DNA of 64,000 nucleotides from Paraphysomonas bandaiensis (Eukaryota; Protista; Chrysophyceae): contig CBFFRP010000454.1 in NCBI GenBank assembly GCA_965644295.1, forward strand, positions 14,394 through 78,393, given 5' to 3'. The notes below the pieces were generated by a model that had not been told where the DNA came from, made no database searches, and was given only the letters and a program-made list of their open reading frames with translations. A program made the position numbers and the translations under genes. Below, piece after piece: positions 50,015 through 63,688 of the stretch (its first letter is position 1; each line of letters begins with the position of its first letter).

Positions 50015-52139
50015 TTATTCGGTATCGAAATAAGCCACATAAAGGGCACGACATTGCATGGCGAGGAAAGCCCATTGACTTAGAATTTTGAGCCACATTG
50101 ACATGAGCGGCACCGTATTTCCTCCGTCACCCTATTAGACGACAAGGCTGAAATAATACATGGCAGTGCAGTCATACATCATACCTCAGGAGTTCCGTCT
50201 GGTTTCCCCCAATTAGTTAGCATCATTGCCCCATAGCATGACACCTACGAAGATTCAATGGACAGTCAAATTATTGTGCTGTGTAAGCGATTGGCAGATA
50301 TCAATTCACATTCCAAAGCAACCCCAGAATGTATATCTTTACATCACAGAATACGAGTGAAATGTACAACTACATATATGTTACCAGCATCATCATCACG
50401 TGGAAGAAAACTATTTCGTGCCCAGTACCGCTGCTCTCCTGCTGTATACCACTATAGAAAGCACATACACAAAAAAAACTTAGTCCAGCCGAAATTGAGG
50501 GTTGTATTCAGTAATTACCTATTCCCCGAGTTTCCAGGGGACTCAACGTCAAGAGGTTGTGAAGTCGTTACACCGCCACCACCAGCGGCAGAGAAATTAT
50601 CAGACTTCTGACCTGGTCTTGCATGCTGCCCAACCATAACTCCTTCGCCCTATTCATCACCATTATAAGTATAGGCAACATGACCAAATATGTACAACTC
50701 TTACCTCTGTGTTGAAAATGTTTAATATAAGAGTTCCATTCACGACACAGTAGAGAAGTACCGCTCCAGTTACCAGAGCTATAACAACTAACGATGTTGT
50801 CTGTACAAATTAAAAGAAAGTCATGCTGTGTACATACTACGAATTGCACCTAAAACCTTGTTGCTGCTGTTGGTATCTGCCGAGGGATTGCACTCTTCAT
50901 CTGGGCTGGAGAGCAGTGCATACCTGTTTACAGCATGAGATCGCTATGCGCGGACATATAATTGCGTACCAGCACATAAATACCGAGTAAGCGAACATGA
51001 TACTCGGCGCAAGAAGACCCTTGTTAACAACCTCTAGTACAGATACTATTGTGGTGAATACACCAAATATAAGTGTTATGCTTGAGAAGAATGCCCCCAG
51101 GTCACACTCAGAGTAATCCGAAAACAGAAATACAAGACCGACAATGGCAGCTACTAGGCAACTGACACAAAGGAGTAAATAGAATCCAAGCCAGCCCTTT
51201 CTTGATGACTCACTTTGGTTTGATGCATTGTCAGCCTTTAACATAATAACTTCGTGGCAGTCATACGCGAAATCCAGGAGCAGTAAAGCCTGTACAAGTA
51301 ACCAGAAAAACGCCATGACCCTCGAAAACTGAGCCCATCCACTGAAGAAAGAATTCTCACCCCACCAAAAGCAAAAGAAGACAAGAAATGCAACTCCGAA
51401 CTTAAGAACCCAAAAAGATCGATTGACATACTCCGTACAAGCAGATGAAACAGCTAATATTGCAAACAATATAACTAATGTAAAGCTTGCCCTGTAGACT
51501 AACTGTCTGTAGATGCACTCATCCATATAATCTTTATCACAGTTCTCATCTAATTGAATGCCTGAATAGTTATTGTAACTGTTAACTCCTTGAGGAGATG
51601 ATTGGCCAAGAATGACGGAGAATGTGAAAAGAGACAGCACGAGCAGCAGGTGGCCCAAACGGCTTAATTGAGCTAATGTGGCATTGAGGAATGACTTACA
51701 GCATGCTGATATGAGGGATGTTAGTTATGGTTATGGATGTATGGGAATGATATGGTTGAGGTACAGTATATATATGAGCAACGTGCATATGCATATGCAT
51801 GTATGTATGTATGTATATGCAACAGTATGCTACTCATATGTTTACACGTATATTGACATACGATACTCATAACGATACACTGTACACATGTCCCCATAGC
51901 AACAGGACCCCATATACTGTACGCATCAACCTATACATATACATATACATACATATATATATATAGCAATACACGTAACTTAACATGCATACGTAGAATA
52001 CTATAGCATACATAGACACTATAGTCATATTCACATACGCATATTCACATACGCATGTTCATATACTTCACTCACCACACGCACAGCAACACGCACACTC
52101 GCATAGATTAATAGCCACACAGGAAACAAATCCTCCCAT
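50015..52139 (-). CDS. SERINC: Serine incorporator (SERINC/TMS) membrane protein
   Basis: First exon MGGFVSCVAINLCECACCCAC; VYRASF, FWVLKF, LVQALLLLDFAY, NKGLLAPS, WYALLSSP, YGAMMLTNWG, NMWLKILSQW. Confidence 0.92.
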
Positions 52140-53053
52140 ATTGCCACAATTTACTGGGGTTGACTGGGCGTTGTTCGATAGGGATGTGTGTTAAGTATAT
52201 ATATATGCATACAAAGCTATTGATATGCACAGTACATACATATATGCATGCACGATATACGGTATGTGTATGTATGTATATGTAGATGAGTGTACTGCTG
52301 TATACAGTCTGAAGAACGCTCTTCTGATATGATAATTTCCTCTGTAGCCCGTGTACACATTGGTACAGAGGTCGCAGATTGGAGGAAACAATGTAGCCCG
52401 TTCGAAAGTGTACCCCGTACAATATGGCAGTCCTCAAAGTGTAGCCCGGCATATTTTGCCCGTCTACTCCACCAATAATAAGGGAATACCATGGAATACG
52501 TTGTATTGCTATCTCTCACCTCCACCTGTATTTGGTGTACTCTGTGCTATCTATGGAGACCTCCAATTCCTACACTACTCTACACTACCAGTGTACGGTA
52601 TACGATGGATATCCCCACCCATATTTGGTACTGTATAAACTCACACTCGTACCTGTATTTGTACTGCTGCTGTATGCTATCTACATCTACAGGTACATGT
52701 CCAGTATATGTATACTTCGTATCATACTGCTGGTACGACTACAGCTGTATGTACATGTATATACCGTACTGGTGTCAGTTTTTTCCACCTGCAGTAATGT
52801 ACATACATAAGAGCCCACTCTGCATACTGGCCTTGATTTCGACTCATATCAAGGATATAACACCGCAATACACCTCGCTATTGTGAGGTACATCCCCTCA
52901 ACTCCTCTACTTTCAATACCCCTCTCGATTCATCCTTTTATTTGCTGTATATACAGACATAATCACCACTACAACGTATATACATAACCACACAGCAAGC
53001 TGTCGTCTACAAGCAGCCGTTCGTGTGCGTTTCGCACTTCTAAGCTTGCAGGT

Positions 53054-56000
53054 ATGATATACCCATCTGATTACTCTGCAATGGCGGGCAGTGCATCAAA
53101 GAAGGCTCCTTCGGTCCCGAATAACTGGCCCAATCCGACAGAGGAGGATCTGAAGGACCGCCCGAACAGGATCGTTAATATTGGCAGAGCTCAAGATTAT
53201 ACATTTCCTAATAACTTTGTAAAGACATCAAAGTATGAGTGGTACAACTTCATCCCTCGATTTCTTATGGAAGAATTTAACCCCAAAACCAAAGTAGCGA
53301 ACTGTTATTTTTTATTGATAGCTATTCTACAAACTGTCCCTTCTATTACCAATACAGAGGGCTATCCTACAGTTATGATACCTCTTACATTTGTTGTTGT
53401 TGTGGACAGTATTTTTGCCGCACTTGAGGATTACGCTCGGCATAAGGCCGATAAGGAGGCAAACTCCACATACGTGAAGAGGTACGATATTCACAATAAG
53501 GACCTGGAAAACTTGAAATGGTCAGACCTTGAGGTCGGTGACTTTGTACAGATCCACAGTCGTGAGAAGATACCTGCAGACCTGGTGGTCATTGGTGTTG
53601 CAGAGAAGACCAACCCCCCAATGGGCATGTGCTATGTAGAGACTAAGTCTCTCGATGGCGAAACCAATCTCAAAATGCGACAGGCATTACCTGGGACATT
53701 AGCAGAGGTAAGATGTATGTGATGTCAGTAAATTCTCTCATTGGAATTATAGTGCAAGAACTTCAGTTATGTTCAGCATTTGAAGGGGAAAATTGAAATG
53801 GAGCATCCCAATAAGGTCATTGACTCCTTTACCGGTGTGATCGAGATAGAAGGAATTGGCCGAGAGCCGATTCTTCCTCAGAATGTTGTACTGCGTGGTT
53901 GTGTGCTGCGTAATACGGAATGGATAATAGGATGTGTGGTGAATACTGGACATCACACTAAAATTCTTATGAGTGCTGCGAAGACTCCTTCCAAGTCTTC
54001 TCAGCTCGATACTCTGGCTTCCATTGAGGTGATCCACATGGTATATCTACTTGCCTCTGTATGTCTCGTAGGCGCTTTGGGGTCGTTAATTTGGAATATA
54101 GAGTACGATGTAAAGGGGGCTTGGTACTTTGACTGGGGCGATATCAATTATGGAGCGTATTTTGTTATTCAGTACTTTTATTTCTTTCTTCTACATGCAA
54201 CCTTTATCCCTGTCTCTCTATACGTTTCAATGACTTTGATTCGGTTCTTTCAGTCGTACTTCATGAACAACGACCTTGAGATGTATTATGAGAAAACGGA
54301 CACTCCCTCTGTGGTTCGTACAATGACACTAAATGAGGAGCTTGGGCAGATATCTCATGTTTTTTCAGACAAGACTGGTACCCTTACCTGCAATGTGATG
54401 GACTTTAGGAAAGCCTCAATCAACGGCGTGTCCTACGGGCTTGGTATCACTGAGATCGGCAAGGCGTCTTGGAAGCTGCAGGGTAAGGAGTTACCTCAGG
54501 AAGTATTAGAGGGAGAGGAAAATGCTAAGAAAGCATCAGTGCCGCATGTGTCGTTTTATGACCCCAAGTATGGAGAGGATAAAAAGAAAGGCGGTGCCCA
54601 AGAAACTCGAATGAGTCAATTTTTCCGCATCTTGTCTCTCTGTCACGATACTATTCCGGAGCGCATCGATGGTAAAATCAAACTGTCTGCCTCAAATCCG
54701 GATGATGAGTGTCTGGTGTTTGCGGCGAAGTACTTTGGCGCGGAATTCGTGGACAAGCAAGAGAAGTATGCCATTATCAAAATAGATGGGGTGGAGGAAC
54801 GGGTGGAGGTTCTAGAAGTGATAGGATTCACTTCAAAGCGTAAGCGTATGTCCGTCATTGTCAAGGATCCTGATGGAGTTATCCGAATGGTGATTAAGGG
54901 TGCTGACTCCACTATGATTCCACGTTTACATTCAGGCCAGGATCAGCTCCTCAAGAAAACAGATGACCATATGAGTCAGTATGCAGTTGAGGGGCTGCGG
55001 TGCCTTCTTGTTGGGTTTAAGGAACTAGATAACGAGGAATATCATTCATGGAGCGAAAAGTATAATAAGTATTCCACTAGTCTTGACGAACTTGAGAAGA
55101 AAAAGAAAGGTCTCCCCAATAAAATCGAGGAGGCGGAGGATGAAATTGAACGAAACATTACCCTAGTAGGCGCCACTGCAATCGAGGACAAGCTGCAGGA
55201 TGGCGTTCCTGAGGCCATTGCTCAAATTGCCAAGGCAGGAATAAATGTATGGGTGCTAACGGGAGATAAGGAAGAGACCGCAATTAACATTGCAGTGGCT
55301 TGCAATCTCGTGTTGCCGAAGCAGTATATGAAACATGTCATAGTAAACAATAGAACAGCACCTTCTCTGGCCGCTTGTGTGTCGTTGTTGTCCACGGAGA
55401 GGGCGGTAAGTGTGAAGTAGTATATGTAGACATGCATTTCATAAATCTCTGTTAAGGACATGATTCGGGAGCAAAATAATAATGAGACACATGACCTTAT
55501 GCCACGAGCTCTTATCATTGACGGACCTACCCTTCTAGGGATAATGGGAGATGATAAACCTGGTGGAGCCAAAGAATCGCTTCTCGAATTCAGCAAAATG
55601 TGCAAGGCTGTCGTTGGATGCAGGTGTGTACTCTTACGGCTTTATTTGTGCTCAATTAATTTACCAACCCGGTGATATACAGGGTCTCGCCTGATCAAAA
55701 GAGGGAAATGGTAAACATGATTAAAACAGGTATCAAGGGCGTGCGCACATTATCAATTGGCGATGGAGCAAATGACGTCGCTATGATTCAAGAGGCTCAT
55801 ATAGGCGTGGGTATTAGGGGTGAAGAAGGGCTTCAGGCAACTAACGCCTCCGACTATGCCATAGCTCAGTTTCGTTTCTTAGCAGTGTTGCTATTAAAGC
55901 ATGGGAGATATAACTACATACGCATGTCGAAACTCATCATATACATGTTTTATAAAAATGTTATGATGAGTATTTGTCACTTTTGGTTCTCATGGATGAA

Positions 56001-56944
56001 TGGCTTTTCAGGTATGTTGTATAACAAAGTGTAAGGTGTGTTACTCTGTTTTAGGACAAAAAATATACACAGAAGGAAGTATTCAATTTTATAATCTCTT
56101 ATATACTTCCCTTCCTATACTTCTGGTGGGGATATACGACATGGATGTGCCGAAGTCATTGGTATACCGATTTCCACAGTTATACCAATCCGGAATCGAT
56201 AATGAGTATTTCAATGTATTATTGCTTTCTACGATATATAGTATCTAACAGTGCTACTAGGTATCGCTCTTTTGGTTTCAATTATGCAATGCTGTTGTCG
56301 ACTCAGTTATTATATCCTACCTCTCTGTCTTTATGCTTGTGCACTTTTCGGAATTGGGGATGCTTGAAACGTTTTGGGAATCTGGGGCATTAACGTACAC
56401 TGTTATCATAGTTCTGGCTAATGTGAAGGTAGTGTGTTGAAGTTTCGTTTCATTATGGGGTTACGATATTGCTGTAGGTGTCATTTCTGACTGCGCAGTG
56501 GAATATTGTGCATGTGTGCATTTTACTTCTATCAGTTGGCTTGTGGTTCGGGACAGCGTCTTTTATTTCTAATTATGTTATTCTCGATCGGAATTGGTTC
56601 AAGGTGAGACATTTGTGCTCGTGTAGCTGATATTGTACTAATTCCTTGCACAAGATATGGCCGCGGTTGCTCGACACGAGTAATTTCTGGCTGGCGTTGA
56701 TATGTATTTGTGGCGTTGTTATCATAAAAGATGTATATATAATGCTTCTAAAGCTTGAGTTTGATCCATCCAAAGCACAGGTTATGTTGGAGGTGTGTAG
56801 TATTGATTACGTGTCGTGTTATGCTCTAATTGTTGCCCATAGTCACAATGTATAGTCGGAAGGAGATCTAAAGTTTCGAATTCGCAAAAACCGCAAGAGG
56901 AACAAGATAGCCTAGCGCAGAAAGTGGAGATGTTCTCCTCTTGA
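53054..56944 (+). CDS. P4-type ATPase phospholipid flippase (start may be 53081)
   Basis: [77 protein letters not shown]. Confidence 0.96.
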
Positions 56945-57343
56945 TTGTTAGAACAGCTGCGTAGTTCTACGTATCGGTGGAACTAGATATCGGCAGTAAC
57001 TTGTTCGAATAGCTAGTGGTATGGAGGCCTCATTTGGTCTGCATGTGATAGAAATTCTTATTACAGTAATTGATTATTTAGCTATATTTTCTTCTTAAAA
57101 ATGAAGACAATACATTGACATCTCGTCCTTAATTCTTCCCTATGTTTTCTATCGATGAGAGAAACATGTTTCAATCGCTCCTAGTTAATTAGTTAAATAG
57201 TCAACACATTTCGTGGAAGCAAAGTGTCGTCGTTTAGTCCAAGTAAGAAATACTGCTATACGTGAACTTGAAGATTTATATGTTGAAGATGGGAGTTTTT
57301 TATTAATTACGGTTTGTTGGAACCATCATTAGCGGGCCGTGAC

Positions 57344-57469
57344 CACGGCCTGGAAACCATTAATGGTAGTCCAGTTCCCGACAATTATAGTAGCATTAAT
57401 GAAAAATGTCCCGGCAATTATAATGCCATTACCATTAATGTCATTACCATTAACCGTTACCAGGCCCTG
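57344..57469. mobile_element. 126-bp hAT-like MITE (CAGGGCCTGGTAAC family)
   Basis: TIRs cacggcctggaaac and gttaccaggccctg; 8-bp TSD gccgtgac/accgtgac (7/8); internal CCATTAAT repeats. Confidence 0.8.
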
Positions 57470-57760
57470 ACCGTGACTGTAAGATGGGTGAAATTGTGTT
57501 CGCAGTTGGTTAATTGCTAATGCTGGGCTCCACTGTAAAAATATTAGTAAAAAATAATGCTTTTCACACTGTTAATATCTTCATAGTTACTTTTAATGTA
57601 CATACACTTTTCCAACCATCATCAAAATTTAACCAGGGTTTATACATTTCACCATGTTTTGGTATTACCTCCACTTCAGTAGGAACTAGGAACGAATTTC
57701 AACGAGGGTACAAGAAGTAGATCATTTCGACTGGAAACTCGTTTGATGATTTTCTAGTTG

Positions 57761-58876
57761 TGAATGTCTGATTATTATCAATAGGCGTGTAAGAGTCAAA
57801 ACTAATGTAGCAAAACAATTTAACTAACTAGTGCGTAACTCTGATATCGTACTATTTAGCGCTAGGGAAGTTTTTTGTGTGTCACCGCAAGCATCAAGGT
57901 GCAGCCACTTTCGCTCTCTGTCCTTAAGTTGAACTAATCCGGATGATTGACTTCAGCAGGCAGCTTAATACCCCGAATGCCCTTGAGGTGGGCCCGTTTC
58001 CGGATGCCTGTTTATTCGTCAGGGCCAAAAGGCGTCACCACAAGTGACACTTATTGGTCCCTTGTACCACAGAAGTATTTTGTTATGAGTATATAATTCT
58101 CATATCCTACTATATAACGCTACGAGAGCTGCTTTCGCAGCAAGCTCCAAGGTGAGACCACTTCAGTTTTTTTGAGGAAGGAGATCTCTATGGACGTGAG
58201 TCCTTGAAGTGTAGTTGGGGTTAGTAAGGGGGGTGTCCCTTGGGGTAGGGCTCTGCATGACTTTGTGGAGGCACAGGATTCTGAATTAGTGACTATATGT
58301 GCGACTCACGTTAGTATCTCCAGTATTGAATGTCTTTTTATTTAGCAATAGGCGTTAAAAACTCGTTCCGATATGGCGGCTAGTTGAATACTATATCTCC
58401 AGTATGTATCCCCCAGAACACCACGATAATGTGCGAGTCCGACTTTTGTTGAGGGATCTAAATATTATGACCATAATAATTTGAAGTCTTATTATTAGCA
58501 ATAGGCGTTTAAAACCTGCACCAACTTAGTAGCTAGATGAATGCTAGACAAACTAGTTAGACCTCTACCTGTAACTAATCAGTACACACTTTTTTTATCC
58601 TACTATTTAACGCTACGGAAGCTGCTTGTGCGTCGCCGCAAGCACCAAGGTGCGACCACTTCCGCTCTGAGTTCTTAAAAGGTGAACATTCCGGATGCTT
58701 GACTTCAGCAGGCAGCCCAATACCCCGGTTACTTACCCTTCAGGTGGGCCCTGTCCCGGATGCCAGTTTATTCGTCAGGGCCTAAAGACGTCTACACAAG
58801 TGACACTTATTGGTCTTCATCTAGCTACCTATTTGGTGCTGATTCTCGACGCCTATTGCTAATAATAAGACTTTCA
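57761..58876. mobile_element. Cluster of four copies or fragments (B 57761-58059, C ~58097-58166, D 58327-58372, E 58482-58876) of a non-coding structured repeat; E has inverted termini
   Basis: Shared terminus TGAA(W)GTCTTATTATTAGCAATAGGCGT. E has a perfect 25-bp inverted repeat (58484-58508 and 58849-58873) that extends imperfectly to ~60 bp. The B and E cores align over ~200 bp. Confidence 0.85.
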
Positions 58877-59233
58877 TATATGTATGAAAATGAGTAGTAG
58901 TTGAGATAGCAATTGATCAATGGATGATAAGGGCGATTGGCTATAATATATAATTCAAGCATTGTGTACATTATGCTCTGCTATTTAAGTCTTCGTCACC
59001 TAATAGTATCAAATGTTGATATAAGTCATTCCTTGTAGCTGCAAGGTTTTACACAATAATTCATAGTTTTAAACTCAATGCCTACAGCAAGGCACCAAAT
59101 ATGTTCACACACGCAAGGCAAAGCATTTAATGGTTACTGAAATAAGCCATCCTTCTGAGCTTAGAGTTTGCGAATCTAAATTGATTATTGGAGTTTAAAT
59201 ACAACTGACATTTAATGCAAGATAAGTAGCATC

Positions 59234-60395
59234 TCACAACTTGGACTGATGTTCAATTCCATGCAACGGAACGCGAGGAGCTTGTCCCCATGATGAATCC
59301 CAGTGGTTCTCATACCAGTGCTTAGCAATCTGGTCTCTGCGGCATATCCATACTTCTTCCCCGTAGCTCTTGGCATGTTCTATGAATGCCTCAAGGCCTG
59401 CAGCCCTGCCTGCCCTACCCACCAGGCGACAATGCAACCCAACGTTCATCATCCTGCCTGTTCCTCCAACTTCACGGGCTTCTTTCACCAGATAGTCCAA
59501 GTGATCTCTTAAATAAGTAAAAAATTCGCCTCCGTGGGAAAAACCATTCGGAATCGCTGTTCAAAAATGGGTCACGAGATTACTATAGGGTACGGTTCAC
59601 ACTCACCGAACCGCATGTCGTTCTCGCTTAAAGTGTACGGTACCACGAGGTGAGGGCGGCCATAGTCGTGCACCCAGTAAGGAAGTTCATCCGCATAGGA
59701 ATCGCAGTCATACAAAAATCCTCCGTTCTCACATACCAAAGACCGTGTGTGGACGTTAGGCTTGCCCTGATATATACCTACCGGGCGATGACCAAGGATG
59801 CTCTCATGGACTGCAACAGTTTTTCTAATGTGTTCTGCCTCAGTCTCGGGATCAACATTCTGATAGTCTATCCATCGATATCTGTATACTTAATATGTTA
59901 ACATTAAAAAGTTGCAATTAGAAGCAGTACCCGTGCGACGCCACCTCCCATCCGGCTCCAACCATAGCCGATGCTGCATCAGGATTCCGCTGCAGAGCCA
60001 TCCCAACTGCAAACACAGTACAAGGAACTTGCTGACGCGTTAATAACCTATGAAGTCGCCAGAATCCAGATCGAGCGCCAAAATCATATAGTGACTCCAT
60101 GTTTGCGTGTCTTTGACCAGGATAAGCAGATGCTCCAACAATCTCACTTAAGAGATTCTCAGACTTATCATCTCCATGAAGAAGACAGTTCTCTCCTCCT
60201 TCTTCATAGTTTAAGACGAAATTAAGAGCTACTTTAGCACCTCCTGGCCATTTGGGATCAGGTGGGAACTGTCCTGTGAACCCATCAGACACACCCCTGT
60301 ATATACACACATACATACATACCATAACCCACAGTGTCTCGAGACATGTGAGGAGATCCATATTGAGAGGGTAATACTGCACCGGAGGATGACAT
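59234..60395 (-). CDS. puuE: PuuE-type metal-independent allantoinase (polysaccharide deacetylase fold) with C-terminal PTS1
   Basis: Intron 60274-60322 gives MSSSGAVLPSQYGSPHMSRDTVGYGQFPPDPKWPGGAKVALNFVLNYEEGGE...NMESLYDFGARSGFWR...EVASHGYRW...YADELPYW...MMNVGLHCRLVGRAGR...QSKL*. Confidence 0.9.
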
Positions 60396-60454
60396 CTACA
60401 AGGAGTGAAGAGATAGTGGCGATAGAATAACCCCACTGTTCTATACTCCCACTG

Positions 60455-60698
60455 TACATACATACATACATACATACATACATACATACATACATACATA
60501 CATACATACATACATACATACATACATACATACATACATACATACATACATACATACATACATACATACATACATACATACATACATACATACATACATA
60601 CATACATACATACATACATACATACATACATACATACATACATACATACATACATACATACATACATACATACATACATACATACATACATACATACA

Positions 60699-60730
<32 letters not shown>

Positions 60731-61544
60731 CATACATACATACATACATACATACATACATACATACATACATACATACATACATACATACATACATACA
60801 TACATACATACATACATACATACATACATACATACATACATACATACATACATACATACATACATACATACATACATACATACATACATACATACATACA
60901 TACATACATACATACATACATACATACATACATACATACATACATACATACATACATACATACATACATACATACATACATACATACATACATACATACA
61001 TACATACATACATACATACATACATACATACATACATACATACATACATACATACATACATACATACATACATACATACATACATACATACATACATACA
61101 TACATACATACATACATACATACATACATACATACATACATACATACATACATACATACATACATACATACATACATACATACATACATACATACATACA
61201 TACATACATACATACATACATACATACATACATACATACATACATACATACATACATACATGCACATACATACATACATACATACATACATACATACATA
61301 CATACATACATACATACATACATACATACATACATACATACATACATACATACATACATACATACATACATGCACATACATACATACATACATACATACA
61401 TACATACATACATACATACATACATACATACATACATACATACATACATACATACATACATACATACATACATACATACATACATACATACATACATACA
61501 TACATACATACATACATACATACATACATACATACATACATACA

Positions 61545-61576
<32 letters not shown>

Positions 61577-61662
61577 CATACATACATACATACATACATA
61601 CATACATACATACATACATACATACATACATACGTACATACATACATACATACATACATACA

Positions 61663-61694
<32 letters not shown>

Positions 61695-63492
61695 CATACA
61701 TACATACATACATACATACATACATACATACATACATACATACATACATACATACATACATACATACATACATACATACATACATACATACATACATACA
61801 TACATACATACATACATACATACATACATACATACATACATACATACATACATACATACATACATACATACATACATACATACATACATACATACATACA
61901 TACATACATACATACATACATACATACATACATACATACACATATACATACATACATACATACATACATACATACATACATACATACATACATACATACA
62001 TACATACATACATACATACATACATACATACATACATACATACATACATACATACATACATACATACATACATACATACATACATACATACATACATACA
62101 TACATACATACATACATACATACATACATACATACATACATACATACATACATACATACATACATACATACATACATACATACATACATACATACATACA
62201 TACATACATACATACATACATACATACATACATACATACATACATACATACATACATACATACATACATACATACATACATACATACATACATACATACA
62301 TACATACATACATACATACATACATACATACATACATACATACATACATACATACATACATACATACATACATACATACATACATACATACATACATACA
62401 TACATACATACATACATACATACATACATACATACATACATACATACATACATACATACATACATACATACATACATACATACATACATACATACATACA
62501 TACATACATACATACATACATACATACATACATACATACATACATACATACATACATACATACATACATACATACATACATACATACATACATACATACA
62601 TACATACATACGTACGTACGCATACGTACGTACATACATACATACATACATACATACATACGTACATACATACATACATACATACATACGTACGTACATA
62701 CATACATACATACATACATACATACGTACGTACGTACATGCATACATACATACATACATACATACATACATACATACATACATACATACATACATACGTA
62801 CATACATACATACATACATACATACATACATACATACATACATACATACATACATACATACATACATACATACATACATACATACATACATACATACATA
62901 CATACATACATACATACATACATACATACATACATACATACATACATACATACATACATACATACATACATACATACATACATACATACATACATACAGG
63001 TACATACATACATACATACATACATACATACATACATACATACATACATACATACATACATACATACATACATACATACATACATACACATACATACATA
63101 CATACATACATACATACATACATACATACATACATACATACATACATACATACATACATACATACATACATACATACATACATACATACATACATACATA
63201 CATACATACATACATACATACATACATACATACATACATACATACATACTACATACATACATACATACATACATACATACATACATACATACATACATAC
63301 ATACATACATACATACATACATACATACATACATACATACATACATACATACATACATACATACATACATACATACATACATACATACATACATACATAC
63401 ATACATACATACATACATACATACATACATACATACATACATACATACATACATACATACATACATACATACATACATAATACATACATACA
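60455..63492. repeat. ~3-kb (CATA/TATG)n satellite (~760 units)
   Basis: Directly visible; sparse variants (CATATA, TGCA, CACA, and a CGTA cluster at 62611-62800). Confidence 0.99.
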
Positions 63493-63688
63493 AGCATCAA
63501 ATATTCAGTCTGGCCCGCTCTGTGTAGTGTGTAGTATGTATGTATGTATGCGTATAGGAATGTGTGTCATGATTTTCTTATAGGAATTATTATTATTGTT
63601 GTTGTTGTTATTGTTATATAGTTTGTTTATAGGTTAGGAGTATTTTTATAATGTCAATAGTGTAGGCTTCTATTAATCACTTGTACCA

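Noticed and set aside
57985-58030. Hammerhead-like CTGACGA...GAAAC on the minus strand of repeat copy B
   Set aside because: Stem II cannot pair, no NUH/stem III is evident, and copy E has GACA instead of GAAA.
58600-58620. Pistol-like (CGTTAAATAG, minus) and twister-like (TAACGCTAC, plus) words in the repeat core
   Set aside because: The required pseudoknots and remaining conserved nucleotides are missing.
60274-60361. Unspliced PuuE start MDLLTCLETLW
   Set aside because: The spliced alternative from 60395 restores the conserved RDxxGYG motif.
59918-63583. Very long MYVC/HTYI ORFs (also at 23567-23885 and 31568-31909)
   Set aside because: Artefacts of the stop-free (TATG)n repeat; only the 3' end of 59918-63493 overlaps real PuuE exons.
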